DNA from: Trichomonas gallinae | Lineage: Eukaryota | Reading direction: 5' to 3' | NCBI GenBank assembly: GCA_008369845.1 | Contig: MRSU01007136.1 | Location: 1 to 35,607 of the forward strand | DNA: 35,607 bases | Shown here: positions 1 through 10,805 of the stretch, piece after piece | How positions within the stretch are numbered: the stretch's first letter is position 1 | Layout of the letters: each line of letters begins with the position of its first letter | Notes under the pieces: model-generated | What the model saw: the letters and a program-made list of their open reading frames with translations, nothing else | The model's database searches: none | What the model was told of the DNA's origin: nothing | Made by a program: the position numbers and the translations under genes

Positions 1-102
1 AAATGTGATCCAAGAATAACCTGGCCCTGTTAACTTCGTCATTTCCGTCGGAAATTCAAATGTATCCGCGCAGAAAGAGAGAGAAAAAAGGAAGAAAAAC
101 AT
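1..102 (-). CDS. 5' end of a secreted/membrane protein gene running off the window edge (partial; not in ORF track)
   Basis: Reverse strand from ATG at 102 reads MFFFLFSLSFCADTFEFPTEMTKLTGPGYSWITF with no stop to base 1. The hydrophobic N-terminus resembles those of the 17634 and 20094 genes. Confidence 0.75.
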   Translation of the reverse strand, partial: MFFFLFSLSFCADTFEFPTEMTKLTGPGYSWITF

Positions 103-570
103 AATAAAAATAACTATCGATCGTACGATTATTTTCAACTCAAAATCAAAAATTTCAGAAATAAAGAATATTCATATAATAGGCAATTAGTCATTTATAG
201 CCAAACAGTAGAAAATTTAAATTTTTTGAAAAAAACGAATGATTCAAAAAAAATTGGATCAAAACAGATATATTGGTAAACTAAATCATTTGTAACTATG
301 AAAATTAATATCTTTTTTTTAAATAAGGTTTATTTTTGGAATATGTGTGTGCTTACCATTTATTGAGTCATTGAAAATCTAACCACTGATTTTCAAAGTT
401 TGTTTTTTTAATAAAATTTACGGTGAATTTATTGATTTAATATGTATTTCTCATAATATCAATGATTATGCCTCAAACATCAATATTTTTGACTATCATT
501 CAAAAAGCTCTTGATCAACCTTTATTCTATTCTTGTTTTTGAGCATATTATATTCTTAGGGAATATTGCG

Positions 571-675
571 AAATAATCGTACGATTATATTTCAGTCAAA
601 AAGTTATATTATATTGCTCTCACGCCCGTATCTATTGAATCAAAAATAATCGTACGATTATATTTCAGTCAAAAA
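571..675. repeat. 32-bp exact direct repeat containing a 16-bp perfect palindrome
   Basis: AAATAATCGTACGATTATATTTCAGTCAAAAA at 571-602 and 644-675. Palindrome ATAATCGTACGATTAT at 573-588 and 646-661. A degenerate third copy starts at 120. Confidence 0.9.
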
Positions 676-1712
676 TTAGGATTAATAATAAGACCAATTT
701 TTAAAATTAAATGATTGTATACATTGTTGCTAAACTATATTTATTATTTCAAAGATGATTATGACTTTTAAACCTTCTTTTGACTGTTTTTCATTATTTA
801 TTATTTTTTTGGGTAAATGCAGACCAAATTATTAATGAAGGACTAAAAATTAACATTTGGATTGCAATACAATAACCATGTTTGACAATACCTTCTATTC
901 TCATCAATTTTCAGATGTATAAAGCCGATGTTTATGTAAACATTTGATCTAATCAACTCAATTATGTAAAAATTATTTTTGAGATTAATTCACTATAGAG
1001 CGCAAAATAAATTAAACAAAAGTCTGAAATAGATCCAATTTGATCAAAATCTTCTATTCCACAACTATAGCAAACCATTTTTAAATAGACTATAAGAAAA
1101 ATTACAAAGTTTTATCAGAACCACGTTATTGGCTAAGCGCCTTATACAGTAGAGTGAGCACTGATCATTTCTAACATCAGCGCAGGAGAAATTAGTGAGT
1201 CATTTGATGGACTTATATGCTGTTTATTGCTTCAAAATGAATATTGAATAGAAAATAATCGCGATGTCCTGACAATTTTACAGTTTGAAAAAAATTATAG
1301 TCACAAAATATATTACAAACTTTGCATGGGGTGTTGCAAAAAATAAAATCGATATGTTTTCAAAAGTCAAGCATTAGTATATTTAAAATGATACGATATA
1401 TAAACTATAATAATAGATCGTGGCAGATATTATTGAAAAATTGAATTGATGAAAAAAATTACGAAAATATAATTAGATAACCACATACAATCATATTTTT
1501 GATGTCAAATAATTACTTAGAAAACGTTCGAAAAAATTGCAATAAACATCTTCAAAATGATATAAGTAATCCAAATATCAACAAAAAATGAAATTCTAAA
1601 AAATGAATAAATCGATTAATTATGTATATATTTACGTGAAATTAAAAATCGTGTCCTTTAATCTTACACTTGTTTTGAATTATTTCTATAGGTGTCAAAA
1701 ATATAAACAAAA

Positions 1713-2687
1713 ATGAATTCTGAAGAACTTGCATTCCTAGACTCCAATGGCATCCATGTCATCGATAAGATTGCAAGTGGTGGCAATGGGGAGATATATA
1801 TCGTGTTCATCGACCAGTACTATGCAAAATTCATTTTGAAAAAAATCCGTCAAAATATTTTCAACCAAGCGGAAATTGACTGCATGATGGCTATATCTGA
1901 CCCCCTGATAGTTCCCCTGTACAAGTATTATCGATATGGAGGTTTCGTTTACCTTGTAATGGAGCTGTGCAAATACGATCTCGAAAAATATATCAAATCA
2001 GGCCCTAACTTGGCTCCAAAGGACCTTGCTAAGGTCATATATAACGTTATATGCGCAGTTAAAGCTTGCCATGATAAAAATGTTGCACATCGTGATATCA
2101 AACCATCGAATTTTTTAGTTGATAACTATGAACGCATCAAGATTGCTGACTTTGGCCTTTCATCCCTTTACACAGATAATCAAATGTGTAATTTCTGGGT
2201 TGGTACAATATATTTCATGGCTCCTGAGCTTATTAAACGCAAAGTACACGACCCAATGCCAGCTGATATATGGGCACTTGGTGTAACTATATATTTCTTG
2301 GCTACAGGGAAGTACCCATTTTATTCGCCAGTGCCAGATGAGCTTATCGCGCAAATTGACAACGGAAAGTACCAAACAGACAACATCGAGGACCCCAAGC
2401 TGGTTGAACTCATCTCATGTTGCCTTTCGTTCAACCCTCAAAACAGGCCGACTGTCAAAAAACTTTTAAATATGGAATACTTTAAGCAATTCTATGAGGC
2501 AAATCTAATACAGGGAAGGTTATCACGCTCAGGATCCATCGGAAGAAACACAAGCACGTCTTCTTCTCGCCTCCTTCTTTCGAATTTAATCACAAAACCA
2601 AGAAGCGCAAGTCCTTCACGCTTGAGAGTTCCTCATATCAACTCCCTTCCAAGCGCACTAATTCCAATTGACCATTTACAAAATTAA
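1713..2687 (+). CDS. Ser/Thr protein kinase (CAMK-like)
   Basis: SGGNG glycine loop, ILKK lysine, HRDIKPSN, DFG, APE, DIWALG; Ser-rich tail. Confidence 0.93.
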   Translation: MNSEELAFLDSNGIHVIDKIASGGNGEIYIVFIDQYYAKFILKKIRQNIFNQAEIDCMMAISDPLIVPLYKYYRYGGFVYLVMELCKYDLEKYIKSGPNLAPKDLAKVIYNVICAVKACHDKNVAHRDIKPSNFLVDNYERIKIADFGLSSLYTDNQMCNFWVGTIYFMAPELIKRKVHDPMPADIWALGVTIYFLATGKYPFYSPVPDELIAQIDNGKYQTDNIEDPKLVELISCCLSFNPQNRPTVKKLLNMEYFKQFYEANLIQGRLSRSGSIGRNTSTSSSRLLLSNLITKPRSASPSRLRVPHINSLPSALIPIDHLQN

Positions 2688-2955
2688 TCTTGTTTGTTTA
2701 TCTCTATGAATTTATATAAATTTAAATAATACATGTTATTTAACTAAGCGTGATACCGAAATATCTAGTAATGGCTTTTATTTACATATATAAATATCAA
2801 ATCAAGAAAAAGCAAACAATGCAAATTGAATAATTTAAATATTGGCTTTTTGAGATCAAAATTTTTATAAATAGCTTTATTTTGTGTTATAATGACAGTA
2901 AAACGATATATAGGCAAAGAGAAATCTTTTGCATCTTGCGAAAAAGTGTCAAGTT

Positions 2956-4503
2956 ATGAGTGATTTGGGTAATTTCACGGCAGATGATATAGCGGAGTAT
3001 TTGGTGTCTCAGATAGGTGATGGTGGGGATGGAAAAAAGATAAAGCAACTGGCAGGGGACGCAATATCAGGAGATAAGTTCAATCTTGATAACTTTAAAA
3101 ATGAATTGTTTTTGCTATATCCAACAAAATGTCAGCAGCTACTGGGAAAACTTGTAGGGTTTTTAACGGGAAAAGATGTAATGGAAGCAAAATCAAAATC
3201 AGATGAAGACAGGGAATTCGAAGAAAACTCTGACGATGAAAAGATTTTAATGGAAACTATGCAAACGCAAATAACTGAGCCGCAAAATACAAATAAAGAA
3301 AATAGCCCAATTCCAACAGAGAGCACAAAGACAAAAAAGCATCATAAGCGTAAGCATCACCGCAAGCATCACCACCGTTCAGATACAGATAGTGATAATC
3401 CTCCAGAAAATCCTCCAATTCCAAATGAGCCAAAACCGAAACCATCAATTAATCCAGAACACGACAATTTAACGCCACAACAGATTAAAAGTATTCAGGA
3501 ATTTTCGCAAAATTTATCAAAGATAATAAATTCTGGTGTTGGATCATCAAAAAATTCGTTCCCTATCAATCCAGAGTCAAAATCATATAAAAATGATAAA
3601 TATGATAAGCCGCAGCATCGTGGATCGACGCCGTTAGAAAATTCTAAATATGACTCGTATTATAAAAATGGAAACTCTTATAAGTCGGATTATTCATCAA
3701 AGGATGATTCAAAAAGATATAAGGATAAAGTTTATATGCAGGATGATCGCAGATATCAGTATGATAATCAAAATAGATTTGATACTGAAATGATTCGGCC
3801 GCAAATGGATAATAGGATGTTCTTTATCCCGCCTAGATTTCCGGATATGCAAATGGTTCAACAAATTCAACCGAGAATGCCGCAGATTCCAGACATTAGA
3901 AGGCCAAGTCCGATAATGCCACAAATTCCAGTACAACACTGGCAAGCAATGCCGCAAAATCACCCTATGCAAGCTGCCCCGATTTCTGTTCCAGCAGTAT
4001 GGCAATTCGATGATATCAACAGAAGATTTGATGATTCTTCAAGAATTAGATTTGATAATTCTCGTCGTGATAACGATAGATACGATAAGATGGATAATGA
4101 CAGATTCGGTGATTCTCGCCGCCACTCGAAAGATAGCGAAAGATATGATAGATATGATAAAAGAGATAACGATGGATTTGATTCCACACGTGATAGTGAC
4201 AGGTTTGATTCTCGCCGCGATAATGACAGATATGATAAGAGGGATAATGACAGATTCGATAATTATCGCCATTCGAAGGATAACGACAGATTTGATGATT
4301 CTCGCCGCCACAAGAGAGATAGAGATAGGTATGATGATAAGCATCATTCTAAATACGAAGGAAGAAGCCACCACGATAGATATGATGATGGATCTCATAG
4401 AAGTGGAAGATATGATGACAAATATCATTCTTCGATGTCAAAGTCGCATAGGTCTGACTCAAGAGATGGATATGACAGGCATATGAGCAAAGATAGAAGA
4501 TAA
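2956..4503 (+). CDS. Low-complexity protein with Arg/Asp-rich C-terminal repeats and a helical (possibly PWI-like) N-terminus
   Basis: The track starts at TTG 2929; the first ATG is 2956, just after AAAAGTGTCA. His/Lys run, P/Q/M-rich middle, DRFDxxRR/DRYD repeats. The stop overlaps TAAA. Confidence 0.8.
   Translation: MSDLGNFTADDIAEYLVSQIGDGGDGKKIKQLAGDAISGDKFNLDNFKNELFLLYPTKCQQLLGKLVGFLTGKDVMEAKSKSDEDREFEENSDDEKILMETMQTQITEPQNTNKENSPIPTESTKTKKHHKRKHHRKHHHRSDTDSDNPPENPPIPNEPKPKPSINPEHDNLTPQQIKSIQEFSQNLSKIINSGVGSSKNSFPINPESKSYKNDKYDKPQHRGSTPLENSKYDSYYKNGNSYKSDYSSKDDSKRYKDKVYMQDDRRYQYDNQNRFDTEMIRPQMDNRMFFIPPRFPDMQMVQQIQPRMPQIPDIRRPSPIMPQIPVQHWQAMPQNHPMQAAPISVPAVWQFDDINRRFDDSSRIRFDNSRRDNDRYDKMDNDRFGDSRRHSKDSERYDRYDKRDNDGFDSTRDSDRFDSRRDNDRYDKRDNDRFDNYRHSKDNDRFDDSRRHKRDRDRYDDKHHSKYEGRSHHDRYDDGSHRSGRYDDKYHSSMSKSHRSDSRDGYDRHMSKDRR
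4020..4500 (+). repeat. Coding repeat (DRFD.SRR / DRYDKRDND units)
   Basis: Recurrent GATTCTCGCCGC and GATAATGACAGATTCG units. Confidence 0.8.
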
Positions 4504-4606
4504 AATTTGTTATATATATATAAACTTGTGAATAAATTTGATAGATTTGATATATTATTTGAATTAACAGAATATTTATATTAAAACAAGCTATAAAATA
4601 ACAAAA

Positions 4607-5221
4607 TTAAATTGGAAGATTTGGTTCATTGAATTTGAAGAATGCAGATGTGTAAAAGAAGAAAAAGTCACTTGTGTATAATAGTATGGTAATGGAAGCA
4701 ATGAAATCAAACCACATTGAAATTTCTAAAATTTGGAATGATAGATAGATTCCGTAAATTGCTCTAATTATCTGTGATATAGAATAAAATATGGTAAATG
4801 GCCATCCAAGATTTGTAATTCTCTGTGAAGATTTTATAATATGAGATTGTGATGCAATAGCGAAAGCATCAAACCACAATGTAATCTCTTTTGATGATAT
4901 AATTCCGATAGGCACGAATATCATTAGTATGATTGATGCCGCAGCGTAGAAAATCATGTAGATTTGTTCTTTAAATTTGTTTGAGCTTAGTGGATGAATG
5001 AATTGTAACGATATTATATATGATGATGCAACGATTTTGACAAGTCCGGAGATAATAGTTGTAATTGAGCTAAAATTCCCAAAAACAGTAAATATTCCGG
5101 ATGATAGCATAAATATTGACCAATAGAATGATAATCCAGCTGTCGTCTTAGAAGAATTAATCCTATTAATTACGAAAACTAGCGAAAGAGCTTCAATAAA
5201 ATTCGATAATGCAAACATCAA
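4607..5221 (-). CDS. Divergent ERD2/KDEL-receptor-like multi-pass membrane protein
   Basis: 204 aa, about 7 hydrophobic segments. SKTTAGLS resembles KSRSCAGIS, FDAFAIASQ resembles LESVAILPQ, LYTSDFFFFY resembles LYCDFFYLY, and the C-terminal LPI resembles LPA (compared from memory of ERD2). Confidence 0.7.
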   Translation of the reverse strand: MMFALSNFIEALSLVFVINRINSSKTTAGLSFYWSIFMLSSGIFTVFGNFSSITTIISGLVKIVASSYIISLQFIHPLSSNKFKEQIYMIFYAAASIILMIFVPIGIISSKEITLWFDAFAIASQSHIIKSSQRITNLGWPFTIFYSISQIIRAIYGIYLSFQILEISMWFDFIASITILLYTSDFFFFYTSAFFKFNEPNLPI

Positions 5222-5657
5222 AAAAAATAAGAATTAAAAATTGCTATGTTTAAACATAATAACATAACACATTCAAAATTTCCATTTTAAACAATGATTA
5301 TAGCTGAAATTTGCAAAATAATAAAAAGCATAAAAATATTTTGCATTATAATGCTTAAAAATGACAGCATTAGATAAGTCATCTTATAGTAGTATATCTC
5401 TATAATTCTTTATTAAATAACAAACAAATTTATAAAAAATAACGCAACAATCTTATAAATAACTGGACAATGAGTAGATTATAACTATGCTCAATCCATA
5501 TATAATTATTGTAAATTATATAAAATATATTTCATTAAATATGTTCATGAGTCAGTTCTAAGTCTTGTAATAATAATTCTGTAACATATAGGTTCGAATT
5601 TTGTTAATAAAATGGTATTTTTCGAAAAAATAAAATAATTTTGAATTCGAATAAAAA

Positions 5658-6071
5658 TTAAAACGGTAAGTTATCGCTATCTGTACTTGCATCATCATTT
5701 CTAGTTGTTTTAATGTTTGCTTTAGTTGATTTTTTAGAATTTGTATTAGTTTGAAGCAAAGAAGTGTTGCCAGTCAAGTCAATGTATGCATCATCGTCAT
5801 CTTCTACTCCAGAAACCTTTGTAGCTTCATCTTTAATAAATCCAGGAATATTCTTTTTGTCTTTTTTCATGCAATGCACTTTATCCAATATATGTTTATT
5901 ATTTGGGTCGTTCTGTTGCAAAACAACCTTTTCATGCAAACTTATTAATCTTTCTGTGATTCTCGCGATTCTTTTTTGCTGTTCTTCCATTCTCCTTCGA
6001 ATCTGTATGTTTAAGTCATCAATAAGTTGAATCATTTCCCATCCAATATCTTTTTGTTCGTCTTTGCTCAT
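5658..6071 (-). CDS. Hypothetical protein with N-terminal coiled coil and acidic patch
   Basis: 137-aa ATG-started ORF with AAAGTGAC 16-23 nt upstream on the coding strand. Confidence 0.75.
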   Translation of the reverse strand: MSKDEQKDIGWEMIQLIDDLNIQIRRRMEEQQKRIARITERLISLHEKVVLQQNDPNNKHILDKVHCMKKDKKNIPGFIKDEATKVSGVEDDDDAYIDLTGNTSLLQTNTNSKKSTKANIKTTRNDDASTDSDNLPF

Positions 6072-6138
6072 TATTTATATTATAATGTCACTTTTTATAA
6101 TTCCAAAAATTATTCAATCAGCAATAAAATTATTTTTT

Positions 6139-6600
6139 TCATCATCACTAAATAATCTTTTCTTCCATACTGGTGCCATATGTTTAACATATCTCACTGA
6201 TACTATACACTGAATTAACAAGCACATTATCGCAACTATATCATGATATATCGATTTCTTTTCTATTATAACAATTAGTCAGATTTAATTATAATTTGAC
6301 AAATAAATATATCAAATATTTTAATTTTGACGTGTAAAATATTTACAGGACATTTTGAATACAAAATATGTTCATCATCAATAAAATGTTTTTTTTTTTT
6401 GCAGCAATAACAAATAAATATTTCTTCCATATATTAAGCTGATCTTATTGATACTATATTTTGAATAGATAAGCATAATATCGCCATGATATCATGATTA
6501 AAATTAATGTCAAATATCATTAAAAACTGACAAATAAATCTAACAAATATTTTGAAATATGACGTGTAAAATAATTTACAAGGCGTTAAGTGTTCCAGTT
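6139..6600. repeat. Diverged ~233-bp tandem duplication filling a divergent intergenic region
   Basis: Collinear anchors: TCATCATCA 6139/6372, TTTCTTCCATA, TGATACTATA, ATCGC..ATATCATGAT, TGACAAATAAAT 6297/6528, TGACGTGTAAAATA 6328/6560. Confidence 0.8.
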
Positions 6601-6604
6601 TTGA

Positions 6605-8488
6605 ATGATTTCTCGCTGGATATGCTATGATCCTGGAAATACGATATCACAGGCAGAGGATGACTTCATGATATTCATTAGTGATGATTCGATGAAAATT
6701 CCTATATTCATTCCTATAAATACTTCGTTAATTATTGAAAAATTTCCGAAAATGCAAGAGCTACTCAAAAATGATAAAAGAAGAGCACTTATATTCACCA
6801 AGAACCCTTTTGAAATGTATTGTTTATTCAGATACTTAAATAACAAATCTTTCTCGCTACCTCTTGATCGTTTGCAAGTATTGAATGACGAATTCAAGAG
6901 ATATGAGATTGATCAAATACCTACAACGAAATTTTATCAAATTCCGACACAAACAGATGTATTTCTTAAAATTTTAAGCAAAACAATTAAATCAGGAGGA
7001 AATTATCATATTTTTACTGATGCTTTCATGCAAAACTTTGAAATTTTCCGCGATTTACCACAATTAAAAGAAATTCCACTAAATAAAATAATCGAAATGG
7101 TTCTAGAAAGCAATAGAAATGATCTTAAACCATCAAATCTCATATCTCAACTAGTAACATCATATGAAACAGAAACAAACTCAACAAACAAAAAATTGAA
7201 AAATCAAGTAAAATCGTTATTATCTGAAATCAACAGATTAAATCAAACCGAAAAGACAGTTATGGCCTCACCAGTAGAATCACCAAAGCCAACAGAAAGT
7301 AAAGTATCTATAATAGAGAAAAATGCCGTAAATCTACAAAACATCGCTGAAATACTTGTAAAAGTTCAGCAATCGAACGAAGAACTTCTAGAATTACAGA
7401 AAGAAAACGAACAAATGAGAAACCAAAACATGTTGGACAAAAATGAAATTGAATCTTTGCGATTTGGCCTTGCAGAGTCTACTAAACAAGTTAATTCTCT
7501 TCAAGTCCAAAATGATACTCTTTCTAAAGAACTTTTCAAGCTCCAAAAGAAGCTGGACATGAGTGTTCAAAAATATTCTGAATCAATGACGAAATTATCG
7601 CAGCAAACAGATACAACTATACAAAAATTGGATGATGAAAAGCGAGAAATACAAAAGAAGTACGATTTACTCAAAATTTCATATGATAAACTAAATATTT
7701 CTCATGATGAGCAAAAGAAAGCAAAAGACTTATTAGAAATAGAACTTTCCGACAAATCTAGGATAATACAGCAGGCAGCACAAAGAGAAATCCTCAATAG
7801 ACAAGAAAAAGAGTTTTTCGAGAAATTATTAAACCAGAAAAACAAGCAAATAGAGGAACTAAACTCAGAAATAGTCAGCAACAACCTGGATTCGACAAGA
7901 TATAAGACAGCAATACAACAGTGGAACCAAGTAAACGAAGAACTGTTAAAAACTAAAAAACAACTGGAAAAAGTGTCAAAATCTCAAAGTAATGATTATG
8001 GAAAAGTGACACAAGAAAACAAAAAACTTTTAGATGAGAAAGAGCAGCTAAACAAGGTCATCAAGGAGCTCCAGGAGACTTATAACAAGGAGAAACTCCA
8101 ATGGGTGAAAGAAAAAAGCATGTATAAAGATGAAATTACTAAACTTTCTGTAAATGTTGTTTCTGATGGAAGTTTTGATGTCAAGCGTTCACCAGTTATG
8201 CGAAATATGACCCAACAAAACGAAATGCTTACTTTTAAACAAAAAATTGAAACTCCTAAAAATACGAAGAAATCCAAGGACTCTGACTTAAAGAAACAGG
8301 CTGATATACTGATACAGAAGTTGAGCACAAATGAAAATGGTAATCAACTCAAATTCGAAAATTCAGAAAGTGATGAGATCGAAACAATTTCAACAACAGG
8401 TGATGAAGACTTTGTCTTCACAACTCAAGATGAGTACGACACGTATTATACAAATAATGCTGAAGAAGAAGATTTTACTGATAATTGA
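6605..8488 (+). CDS. Long coiled-coil protein with globular N-terminus and acidic C-terminus
   Basis: 627-aa ORF; K/E/Q/N heptad-like region around aa 190-510. Confidence 0.85.
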   Translation: MISRWICYDPGNTISQAEDDFMIFISDDSMKIPIFIPINTSLIIEKFPKMQELLKNDKRRALIFTKNPFEMYCLFRYLNNKSFSLPLDRLQVLNDEFKRYEIDQIPTTKFYQIPTQTDVFLKILSKTIKSGGNYHIFTDAFMQNFEIFRDLPQLKEIPLNKIIEMVLESNRNDLKPSNLISQLVTSYETETNSTNKKLKNQVKSLLSEINRLNQTEKTVMASPVESPKPTESKVSIIEKNAVNLQNIAEILVKVQQSNEELLELQKENEQMRNQNMLDKNEIESLRFGLAESTKQVNSLQVQNDTLSKELFKLQKKLDMSVQKYSESMTKLSQQTDTTIQKLDDEKREIQKKYDLLKISYDKLNISHDEQKKAKDLLEIELSDKSRIIQQAAQREILNRQEKEFFEKLLNQKNKQIEELNSEIVSNNLDSTRYKTAIQQWNQVNEELLKTKKQLEKVSKSQSNDYGKVTQENKKLLDEKEQLNKVIKELQETYNKEKLQWVKEKSMYKDEITKLSVNVVSDGSFDVKRSPVMRNMTQQNEMLTFKQKIETPKNTKKSKDSDLKKQADILIQKLSTNENGNQLKFENSESDEIETISTTGDEDFVFTTQDEYDTYYTNNAEEEDFTDN

Positions 8489-8930
8489 TTCTGAACAAAT
8501 TGTTTATTAGGATTATTTATTATATAAATTGTTTTTATATGTAAATCATTGTTATTATGCATAGTAATTTTATATTATTTCCAATTTCAATTTTAAAATA
8601 CAAATTCAATTATGATGTGCAATAATAAATATTATTTAAATAAACTTATTTTGTAATATGTTCATTGAATAGATGAAAAATACTTTATCGCAATGATATC
8701 ATTCCATTAAAAAAAATATTATCAAAATAATTTTCAATCATGAATCTACAAATTTAAATAAATATTTTAGATATAGTCCATGAATTATGGATATTGATAA
8801 ATATTAAATAGCTTCGATTCTTGTTTTAATTATATCAATTATGAATTTACATGTCAGAAAATTATGTAAAGTAGTATTTTTGCCATGTAAATTTTACAAA
8901 AATTGTAAAAATATTGTACGTTAGTGGAGA

Positions 8931-10283
8931 ATGACTGGGAAGCTTCGTTCACCACATATTTTGAAGAACCCAAAATCGCCTAAAACACATCTAACGATGG
9001 AGCACATCTCTCAACTCATTAAGAAAAACCCATATAACCTTCCTCCTGACGAAGATTTGTTATCAATAAACGATAAAAACAGGCAAAAAGCGCAATCTGA
9101 GATGAAGCAGAGGTCCCAGACAAAGATTGAATACAGGTCTTTGCATAATCTGCCCCGTTTGCAAAGTTCTCATTCCGTTGTACAGGATGTAGAGGATGAA
9201 TTAAAGCCAGTTGCAACAGAGCATCAAAGAAGACAGCAAATGCATGGATTCGTTGAACAAACAAGAAATATTCTCCTTGCTCAATTAAAAATTGATAGAA
9301 AATCGAAAGAAATGGAAAGAATTATGCAGCAACAGTTAACAGAACAAGGAATAATACAAGCTCAAATTGCCAAAATTGCAGAAACAAACAATCAATATGA
9401 TATGACTTCAAATTCATTAAAAGCAGAGCTTGCGAGAGCAAAGAAGGAATGCGAAAAGGCTCTGAATGAAAGAAAACAGCTTCAAAAAGATCTTAAGTTC
9501 AAATACGACACAATTGCAAGAATTAAAGCAGAAATAACGAAGAATGAAGACATTGTGTTTGCATACAGAAATTATGGAGACTTCCTTAAATCTCTTACAC
9601 CACCTGGCGAAGATCCTCTTCAAAGATTCCAGTCTCCACAAACGTTATTAAACGAATTCGAGCAACTCGAGTCAGACAACCTTTTTCTCATCCAAAAATG
9701 CTGCGAGCTGGAGCAGGAGACTGATCGTGCGATGGAGAATCTGAGAAAAGAGCTGACCACGGCTCAAGAAGAGAAAAGGAAAATGGAAATTGCCGAGCAA
9801 AAGATAAACCCAATTGTTGCGATCAATGCATCAGACAGTTCCATACAACACGATGCTATTCAGTTTGACTCGGAGCTTTCCACTCTAACTAAGTACATCC
9901 AGTCCACATACGTCAAGTGCTTCGGCAGTAAAAGTGATTTTGGTCCAACGACAATGTTAGAAAGACTCGAAAACGAACTCGAATATTTATACAAAAGAAT
10001 TGCTGAATTGCCGCCAGAATTTGTTCTCCAGACTCAGGCCCACATAGAGAAAGTCAGGAGAGACCAGGCAAGAGCTGATAGACAGCAACAGAAATTATTA
10101 GAACAGAGAAGAAAGACTGAGCAGGCTATTGAGAGGGCAAATAGGCCAGTAACAAAGAGGACAGGCCGACCACTGAGAATGAGAGTCTTGCCGATGCAAT
10201 TAACTCATCATGTTAATGATGAGAAAAAGATCTTGGACGAGAAAATCCAGGAAGAACTTCTGTTTGGTCCCATTGATGATTAA
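8931..10283 (+). CDS. DUF4200 / CFAP100 (CCDC37)-like flagellar coiled-coil protein
   Basis: NPYNLPPD, FVEQTRNILLAQLKIDRK, YGDFLKSLTP, FQSPQTLLNEFEQLESDNLFLIQ and KRTGRPLRMR match recalled conserved blocks of the family. Confidence 0.75.
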   Translation: MTGKLRSPHILKNPKSPKTHLTMEHISQLIKKNPYNLPPDEDLLSINDKNRQKAQSEMKQRSQTKIEYRSLHNLPRLQSSHSVVQDVEDELKPVATEHQRRQQMHGFVEQTRNILLAQLKIDRKSKEMERIMQQQLTEQGIIQAQIAKIAETNNQYDMTSNSLKAELARAKKECEKALNERKQLQKDLKFKYDTIARIKAEITKNEDIVFAYRNYGDFLKSLTPPGEDPLQRFQSPQTLLNEFEQLESDNLFLIQKCCELEQETDRAMENLRKELTTAQEEKRKMEIAEQKINPIVAINASDSSIQHDAIQFDSELSTLTKYIQSTYVKCFGSKSDFGPTTMLERLENELEYLYKRIAELPPEFVLQTQAHIEKVRRDQARADRQQQKLLEQRRKTEQAIERANRPVTKRTGRPLRMRVLPMQLTHHVNDEKKILDEKIQEELLFGPIDD

Positions 10284-10805
10284 TTGTTTGTTTGTAAAAA
10301 TGCGAAAAATATTAAATTTGAATTGTTTTTATTTTTTTCTACTGCCTCCAATTTGTTAATGTCTATGGCATGGTTGTTATAAATTCATTGTTTTCAAACA
10401 AATAATTAATTTTTATCGATTTCTGCATTGTAAGTCATGGGAATTTTAGATTTAATGTATACTCGATATAATATCATCAATAATTCATGAGTTAGATTAC
10501 TTAAAACATGTTTAATTTTTGGTAAAAATTTGATTTTTATATATTTTCATCTAAAAAATTGTGATAATAGCGTTGTGGTTTTTCCACAAATTATTTTTCA
10601 CGAATCTTAAAATCATGCTGTATGTAGTCTAAATTTTGAAATGCGAAGGAAAATTCTAGATTTTAAGGTCAAGAAATTAATCTCAATTTTATTACATGGA
10701 TATATGCAATATTCAATGGCAGATATGTGGAAAAAATAATTTAACAATTTAATGTGGTGTCACAATACATTATTTTTTATTCGATATATATTTTCTTTGT
10801 CTTTT

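Noticed and set aside
4010..4486. Alternative-frame and antisense ORFs (4010-4486 +, 4039-4428 -)
   Set aside because: Shadow frames of the Asp/Arg repeat coding region.
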